Shown here: one piece after another, positions 58,611 through 64,000 of the stretch
Layout of the letters: every line of letters starts with the position of its first letter
Numbering within the stretch: the stretch's first letter is position 1
Assembly (NCBI GenBank): GCA_038150265.1
Contig: JAYOTF010000014.1
Span: 1-64,000, forward strand
Direction of reading: 5' to 3'
DNA: 64,000 nt
DNA from: Deltaproteobacteria bacterium
GTDB lineage: Bacteria > SAR324 > NAC60-12
Notes under the pieces: model-generated
What the model saw: the letters and a program-made list of their open reading frames with translations, nothing else
Told to the model about the DNA's origin: nothing
Database searches by the model: none
Position numbers and translations under genes: made by a program

Positions 58611-58955
58611 TCAGGAGGCAAGGCGTTCGAGGGCCACTTCCAGAGAAGGCGTGACCTGAAGGAAGCGGTCAATCTGCGTCAAGGCGATCGTCTGACGGAC
58701 CACCTCGTTGGGACCACTGAGGAGGAAGGGAATGCGGTGACTGAGGGAAAGCTTGGAGCCGAACAGGATGATGCCAATTCCGGACGAGTCGAGAAAGTCC
58801 AGGTCTTCGAGGCTCAGCACAATTCCAGACGGCGTTTCCTTGACCAACTCCTCCAGCTGCTGCTTGAGCTTGGACACGTTGGAGCTTTCCAGCGTCCCGG
58901 CAAGGGTGACCACCTGAACGGCGCCACTGGTGCTGAGTTCGATTTGTAGGGACAC
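58611..58955 (-). CDS. STAS anti-sigma-factor antagonist (SpoIIAA/RsbV-like)
   Basis: LAGTLE, LDFLDSSGIG with the phosphorylatable Ser, and LTQIDRFL. Confidence 0.9.
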   Translation of the reverse strand: MSLQIELSTSGAVQVVTLAGTLESSNVSKLKQQLEELVKETPSGIVLSLEDLDFLDSSGIGIILFGSKLSLSHRIPFLLSGPNEVVRQTIALTQIDRFLQVTPSLEVALERLAS

Positions 58956-59061
58956 GTGAGGCGACCTTTCGAAGGGGAAACGGCAGGTTCGAGAGTTGGG
59001 AACGTGCGGGGTTCATCCAAGAATGGGTGATTCCTTCCATCACTTTGGAAGGAAAGTGGCC

Positions 59062-59089
59062 ATCATATCCGTCCAGTATTTTATTTCAA
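59062..59089 (-). promoter_or_regulatory. Sigma70-like promoter ahead of the STAS/phosphatase/che operon
   Basis: Minus strand TTGAAA-16 nt-TATGAT in an AT-rich intergenic stretch, followed by a 9-bp hairpin at 59031-59054. Confidence 0.45.
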
Positions 59090-59200
59090 GCTGATGTTTA
59101 GGAAAAATAGTGGATTATTGTTCCGGTCTCAGACCCCTTTTAAAGGTCGCCTTTTTCGCCATCAGGCTTGACATTTCAAGCGGCGCCCAACGGCTGATTT

Positions 59201-60988
59201 TCACGTTGCCTCAGAGGCTGGAAGCCAGATCCGGAAGGTGGCGCCTCGTTCGCCATCTTCATAGGCCACACCGCCCCCTTGCTCCCGCATCAGGTTGTAG
59301 GCAATGGAGAGCCCCAGCCCCGTTCCCTTTCCCAATTCCTTGGTGGTAAAAAAGGGATCAAACAGCTGTCCCTGCTGCTGTTTGGGGACCCCCGGGCCGT
59401 TGTCGGTCAGCCGCATCTCCACCTGCGCGGCTCCGGTCGTGAGGGGCTGGACGGTGACCGCGACCAGCAGGAATCGATTGGACTCCCCCTCCATGGCATC
59501 CAGCGCGTTATTCAGCAGGTTCAGCAGCACCTGTTCCGTCTGTCCCGGGTTTCCTTCCACACGCGGCAGGCCGTCAGGCCAGCTCTCCTGCACGGAAACC
59601 CCCTCATTCAGGAGCCGGTGCCGGATCAGGCTCAGTGCGTTGTTGAATGTCACCGGGAGTTCAAAAGCGGTCCGGACCTGCTCATCCATTCGCCCAAAGG
59701 TCCGGACGTGATCGATGATGGCAGCCACCCGGCTGCAGGATTCCTGCGCCTTGGCCGTGGTCTGCAGGAGCTTCTCCCGAGGGAGCACCCGCTGGCGGAT
59801 CAGTTCGAGGGAGAGGGAGATGTGAGCCAGTGGGGTGTTGATCTCATGGGCCATTCCAGTTGCCATCCGCCCCAATGAGTGCAGCTTCTCCTTGTGATAC
59901 ATTTCCTCCTGCAGGAAGGCCTCATTCCTCAGCTTCAGGGCCTTCAGGCGCGCAAACTTCCAGGAGGCGTACAGCAGCGCCAGGCCAAACAGGCAGTAGA
60001 TCCCGAACAGGGGCACAAACTCCTGCAGCACCTGCTGGGCGAACTCATCGGCATCCAGAAACGAAATGAAGTACAACTGCTGGTTGCTGAACACCACGTC
60101 ACCTCCCCGGTTAAGGGGCAGGTGGGTGGGAGAAAAACGGGTAAAACAGGCAATGCCCTCTTCATTCCTCAGGCACTGGCTCCGGAGAGTCGTCTCCTGC
60201 ATCGCCTTCCAGGTGAGCGGTTTTTGCAGACGAAGGTTCTCGGCCTTCCGGTCCGGCAAACTTCCTCCCCATTCCTGGCTCGGGGCTTCCCCCATCACGT
60301 AGTAGCCGTCCTGATCCACCACCACCGACCGGGTCTGTTCTTCAGAACGTTCCACCTCTTTCAGCGCATCCAGCAGGTCGGCCCCCAGGTAGTTGAGCAC
60401 CACAATGCTCACCGGAGCGTAAGACGAGGCCCCAGCCTTCAGCACGACCCGAAGGACTGGCTTGAGTGGGCGTTCCACCACGCCCCCCTCCACATTCAGG
60501 TCCAGCGCAGAAATGTAATACTGGTTGTGCTCCAGCCGGAGGCCTTCCTGAAAGTAGTAGCGGTCCCGTTTGCTCTGGAGTTGGCTCGGGGGCACCTTTT
60601 CCACGTCCCCCTCCCTGAAGTTGTAGCGCACCTGTTCCTGCCCAGAGGCGTCTAGCAAGCGGAACTGGTCATAGACCCCTCGGCTCTTCATGAACTCAGT
60701 CATGGTCTCATCCAGGTGGTCATGCGTTCCAAAGTCTCGGAACCCCACCTTGATGAAGCGCGCATCCGAGACCAGCAGGTCCACCTTTTCGCGCAACACC
60801 GCGGCTCCGAACACGGGGAACAGCAACTCCTCCGAATGGAGGGCGAGCGTTTTTTCGGCAACGAGCGAACGCCACGTGAGCCAGCTCAGGGTGACGATGA
60901 ACACCACCACAGCCATGAGCAGACTCACAAACAGCCTCCGGTAGCTCTCCCAACCAATGGAGTCAGAGATCAGCTTGGACGTGGGCAC
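59201..60988 (-). CDS. Membrane sensor histidine kinase with a dCache-like periplasmic domain
   Basis: YDQFRLLD..GQE.VR, K.DRYYF, YISALDLNVE..P.KPVLR, GMAHEINTPL, DNGPGV and PFFTTK..GTGLGL. Confidence 0.9.
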   Translation of the reverse strand: MPTSKLISDSIGWESYRRLFVSLLMAVVVFIVTLSWLTWRSLVAEKTLALHSEELLFPVFGAAVLREKVDLLVSDARFIKVGFRDFGTHDHLDETMTEFMKSRGVYDQFRLLDASGQEQVRYNFREGDVEKVPPSQLQSKRDRYYFQEGLRLEHNQYYISALDLNVEGGVVERPLKPVLRVVLKAGASSYAPVSIVVLNYLGADLLDALKEVERSEEQTRSVVVDQDGYYVMGEAPSQEWGGSLPDRKAENLRLQKPLTWKAMQETTLRSQCLRNEEGIACFTRFSPTHLPLNRGGDVVFSNQQLYFISFLDADEFAQQVLQEFVPLFGIYCLFGLALLYASWKFARLKALKLRNEAFLQEEMYHKEKLHSLGRMATGMAHEINTPLAHISLSLELIRQRVLPREKLLQTTAKAQESCSRVAAIIDHVRTFGRMDEQVRTAFELPVTFNNALSLIRHRLLNEGVSVQESWPDGLPRVEGNPGQTEQVLLNLLNNALDAMEGESNRFLLVAVTVQPLTTGAAQVEMRLTDNGPGVPKQQQGQLFDPFFTTKELGKGTGLGLSIAYNLMREQGGGVAYEDGERGATFRIWLPASEAT

Positions 60989-61018
60989 ACGCCTCCTGAC
61001 ACGGCGAAACTCAACGTG

Positions 61019-61408
61019 TTACGCATCCTGTTCCAGAGCCGACCGCATGGCTCCCAGCAATTTTTCCCAAGAGGCGGGCTTCCCCAGGCACCGGTACGCG
61101 CCCAATTCGCTGCACTTTTGTTCAGTGGAGGCATCCAGGTGTCCGGAGTGGACAATGATGCGACAGCGGTGCTCCTCGTGCTGCAGGGTCTTCAAAACAT
61201 CGATCCCACTCAGGTGAGGCATGTTCAGATCCAGCAAAATGAGCGCAGGCTGGTGGATTTGGAACTGCTCCAGTGCCAGCTTGCCATCTGCGGCCTCCAC
61301 GACCTGGTAGTCCTCTTCACAGAGATCGGCAAGTGACTGCCGCAGCATGTCGTTGTCTTCTGCAATCAGCAGGATGGGTTTACACACAGGCCTTTGTCTG
61401 GAATTCAT
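61019..61408 (-). CDS. Single-domain response regulator
   Basis: IAEDN, LLDLNMP, HSG and GKP. Confidence 0.88.
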   Translation of the reverse strand: MNSRQRPVCKPILLIAEDNDMLRQSLADLCEEDYQVVEAADGKLALEQFQIHQPALILLDLNMPHLSGIDVLKTLQHEEHRCRIIVHSGHLDASTEQKCSELGAYRCLGKPASWEKLLGAMRSALEQDA

Positions 61409-61950
61409 CGTTTTTTATGGGAGGGGAAGGGCGCTCACGAGCAGACACTCAGGCCGTCTTCCTCACGTCACAGGCACAATGGATAGCTGTGAACGAGGCC
61501 TTACTTGTACTGAAGTTTTATGATTTTGCCAAACCAAATTGTCATTTGCTCGGGTCCCCAATCCTTCAGAAAAGGAATAAATCAATAAATTTCAGTTTTC
61601 TTTCGCAGAAAAAGAGTTTTTGATTTTTGTCCCATCCCGCCCCAATCAAGCGCCAGTCTTCTTGGCAAATGGAGCCTCACCGCTCGGGCTTCCCCCTTGA
61701 GTAGAAGGTCGGGGCCTGGCGAAAAATTTCCAGAGTACGGCGCTTCCGGAGGGTCGTGCCACCGCCAGAAAGCGTCTCCAGACACCGTCCGGGAGCAGTG
61801 GGGAAGTGGGAAAAATTGTGGGGGGTCCTTTTCCCCAATTCAGTTGTTTGTCCCAGCATCTCCTGCTAAGATGGGCGTTCTTTCCTGCTTAGGCCCCGCG
61901 ATGCAGGAACCTCTCTCTAGATCCCTTGACTTAGACTTGCAGGAGTTTTG

Positions 61951-62580
61951 ATGAAGAAAATTGGCATTCTGTTTGTGACCTTTGCCGCCAGCGTGTTGCT
62001 GGCCAGTGCTGTTCATGCCGCTGGAGATCCGGCCAAGGGCAAGGCCCTTTATGGGGTGTGTGCCTCCTGCCACGGCGCCAACGGCGAAGGCAACCAGGCC
62101 CTCAATGCTCCGATGATTGCGGGGCAACACGAGTGGTACCTCGCCCGCCAGCTGAACAACTACAAGGCCGGCATCCGTGGAACGCATCCGGAAGACACCT
62201 ACGGCATGCAGATGCGCCCGATGTCCATGACCCTGCCCAACGAGCAGGCAGTCAATGATGTCGCCGCCTATGTGGCCTCGCTCAAGCCTGCTGCAGCCCA
62301 AACCACGATGGGTGGAAACGCTGCTGCCGGCAAGGCGCTCTATGGCGTCTGTGCCTCCTGCCACGGCCCCAACGGCGCCGGCAACCAGGCCCTCAATGCT
62401 CCGAAGATTGCCGGGCAGCACGACTGGTACACCGCTCGCCAGCTGAACCACTTCAAGAAGGGCATCCGGGGCGGCGACGCCAAGGACACCTACGGCATGC
62501 AGATGCGCCCGATGTCCATGACCCTTGCCGATGATGCCGCCGTGAACAACATGGCCGCCTACCTCGCATCCCTGAAGTAA
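61951..62580 (+). CDS. Di-heme cytochrome c (c4/c553 type)
   Basis: AGGAG RBS, signal peptide, two CASCH motifs each followed by P.IAGQ..WY..RQL and a distal Met region (MQMRPM). Confidence 0.93.
   Translation: MKKIGILFVTFAASVLLASAVHAAGDPAKGKALYGVCASCHGANGEGNQALNAPMIAGQHEWYLARQLNNYKAGIRGTHPEDTYGMQMRPMSMTLPNEQAVNDVAAYVASLKPAAAQTTMGGNAAAGKALYGVCASCHGPNGAGNQALNAPKIAGQHDWYTARQLNHFKKGIRGGDAKDTYGMQMRPMSMTLADDAAVNNMAAYLASLK
62194..62525 (+). repeat. Internal direct repeat within the cytochrome gene (period 291 nt)
   Basis: 41 nt GACACCTACGGCATGCAGATGCGCCCGATGTCCATGACCCT is identical at 62194-62234 and 62485-62525. Confidence 0.9.
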
Positions 62581-62587
62581 GCACTCC

Positions 62588-62605
62588 GGCTCCCCTCGGG
62601 GAGCC
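62588..62605 (+). terminator. Hairpin after the cytochrome c gene
   Basis: GGCTCCCC-tc-GGGGAGCC with no clear U-tract. Confidence 0.35.
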
Positions 62606-62737
62606 CTCCCCCCGGCTTCCCGCCACGACAAAATCTTGTCATTCTTGCCGGGATTCTTTAGGTTTCCTGCAGTTGCGTGCGCCTCCGACCTCCTTCGGGC
62701 GGCTCCATCGCCCTCCACCCTCAGCATCAACCTCTGC

Positions 62738-63814
62738 TTGAACCTGCAATTTTCCCTTGAAAAACGGTCCAATCCGACCCTCACCGGACGCGTCGTGGTC
62801 CTCAGCCTGGCGCTGTTGCTCTCGCTGATCATGGGAGGCCTCTTCCTCTGGGCGGTGGGCATTCCCCCGCTGGAGGCGTACGGGTTGGTGTGGGAGGAGG
62901 TGTTTGTCTCGCCGTATGGTCAGCAGGACCTGATGGTGAAGCTGACCCCGCTTCTGCTCACCGGGGTGGCCGTGGCCGTGGCCGCGCAGATGAAGCAGTG
63001 GAACATTGGGGCCGAAGGGCAGTTTCACATGGGAACCTTCGCCGTCACCTGGGTGGCCCTGAACGTGTCCGGACTGCCTCAGGGCGTGATGCTGCTGCTG
63101 ATGGGAGGGGCTGCCGTGCTGGGAGGGGGCCTGTGGGGCGCCATTCCGGGGTGGCTCAAGGCGCGCCTGGGGGTCAATGAGATCATCACCTCCCTCTTGC
63201 TCAACTACGTGGCGGCGGCCTGGATCGATTACCTGCTCTTTGGAGAGTGGAAGGATCCGGGAAGCAACAACTTCCCCATCACGCCCCCCTTTGCCGAAAG
63301 CGCGCGCCTGCCCCTGCTCGGCCCAACCAACGTGCACGCCGGACTGCTGGTGGCGCTGGTGGTGATGCTGGTGGTGGCATGGGTGATCCAGAAGACGCGG
63401 CTGGGCTTTCAGATCCGCCTGGCCGGCGACAACCTGGAGGCGGCCCGGTACTCCGGACTCTCCACCCAGCGGTTGGTGCTGTTCGTGTTTGTCGTCAGTG
63501 GCGCCATTGCCGGGCTGGCAGGCTTCAGTGAGGTGGCCGGCATCCATTACCGGCTTCAGCAGGACATCTCCATCGGGTACGGCTACACGGGCATCATTGT
63601 CGCGTGGCTGGCCCGGAACCACCCCATCGGCGCCCTCCTCAGCGCCCTCTTCCTGGCCAGTATCTTTGTGAGCGCCGAGGTGCTCCAGATCGACTACGGC
63701 CTCCCGGTTTCCATGGTCTACCTCTACCAGGGCGTGATCCTCTTCACGGTGCTGGGGTCTGAAATCTTCACCGAGTACCGCCTGCGACTCAGGCGCCTCG
63801 CTTCCACCGTCTAG
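62738..63814 (+). CDS. ABC transporter permease (nucleoside/simple-sugar type)
   Basis: TPLLLTG, WNIGAEGQF, VNEIITSLLLNY, KTRLGFQIR..G.N.EAARYSG and GYGYTGI. Start uncertain. Confidence 0.88.
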   Translation: MNLQFSLEKRSNPTLTGRVVVLSLALLLSLIMGGLFLWAVGIPPLEAYGLVWEEVFVSPYGQQDLMVKLTPLLLTGVAVAVAAQMKQWNIGAEGQFHMGTFAVTWVALNVSGLPQGVMLLLMGGAAVLGGGLWGAIPGWLKARLGVNEIITSLLLNYVAAAWIDYLLFGEWKDPGSNNFPITPPFAESARLPLLGPTNVHAGLLVALVVMLVVAWVIQKTRLGFQIRLAGDNLEAARYSGLSTQRLVLFVFVVSGAIAGLAGFSEVAGIHYRLQQDISIGYGYTGIIVAWLARNHPIGALLSALFLASIFVSAEVLQIDYGLPVSMVYLYQGVILFTVLGSEIFTEYRLRLRRLASTV

Positions 63815-63821
63815 CTGCCCC

Positions 63822-64000
63822 ATGGAGTTCTTCATCCAACTGCTGGTTGCCACCATTGAAATGGGCACCCCGTTGCTGTTTGCCGCACTCGGTGGCGTGC
63901 TCAGCGAACGGGCTGGGGTCATCAACCTCGGCATGGAAGGGCTGATGCTCGTTGGAGCCCTGCTGGCATTTGTCGTGAAGCTCCACACGGGCTCCTTTGC
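63822..64000 (+). CDS. Second ABC permease subunit (partial, runs off the window)
   Basis: MEFFIQLLVATIEMGTPLLFAALGGVLSERAGVINLGMEGLML. Confidence 0.85.
   Translation, partial: MEFFIQLLVATIEMGTPLLFAALGGVLSERAGVINLGMEGLMLVGALLAFVVKLHTGSF

Noticed and set aside
59166..59181. FNR/CRP-type box
   Set aside because: The half-sites TTGA and TCAA are 4 nt apart, not 6 as in TTGAT-N4-ATCAA.
61409..61950. c-di-GMP riboswitch, sigma54 or sigma28 promoter in the AT-rich divergent region
   Set aside because: No convincing match to these consensus patterns by eye.
1..64000. CRISPR arrays, rRNA, tRNA, prophage or defence-system genes
   Set aside because: No regularly spaced repeats, RNA gene signatures or characteristic proteins seen.

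Overview
GC-rich bacterial chromosomal DNA, gene-dense, with no rRNA, tRNA or CRISPR array that I can see. A deltaproteobacteria-like or SAR324-like origin is only my impression from gene content. The left ~25 kb is mostly housekeeping: an IS3-like remnant at the edge, a Gfo/Idh/MocA oxidoreductase, a tandem DciA-like protein, yqgE, argA, lepB-map-hflK, a RelA/SpoT homologue, Rrf2-iscS-iscU-hscB-hscA, minCDE, VKOR, PrkA, an orphan hydrogenase maturation protease, a short PurH, a ProXWV-type ABC transporter and a RibD reductase domain. From ~25.0 to 61.4 kb almost every gene is a signal-transduction gene. This block holds a complete che set (cheY-cheA-STAS-MCP-cheW-cheR-cheB-cheD) and a second CheA translationally coupled to a partner-switching module (STAS, PP2C phosphatase, REC-RsbW kinase, pseudo-receiver). 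It also holds two soluble degenerate MCP-like proteins, two class III cyclase-TPR-PilZ fusions, a REC protein with a degenerate GGDEF but intact I-site, two His-less pseudokinases, a kinase with a heme-type PAS nested inside another PAS, a PruR-like periplasmic protein and a membrane spermidine-synthase-like gene inside the che operon. The window ends with a di-heme cytochrome c4 and ABC permeases. Two signals are not explained by gene calls: the palindrome TCCGGA looks strongly over-represented in all reading frames, and a ~63-aa helical module is shared between LepB and the DciA-like protein.
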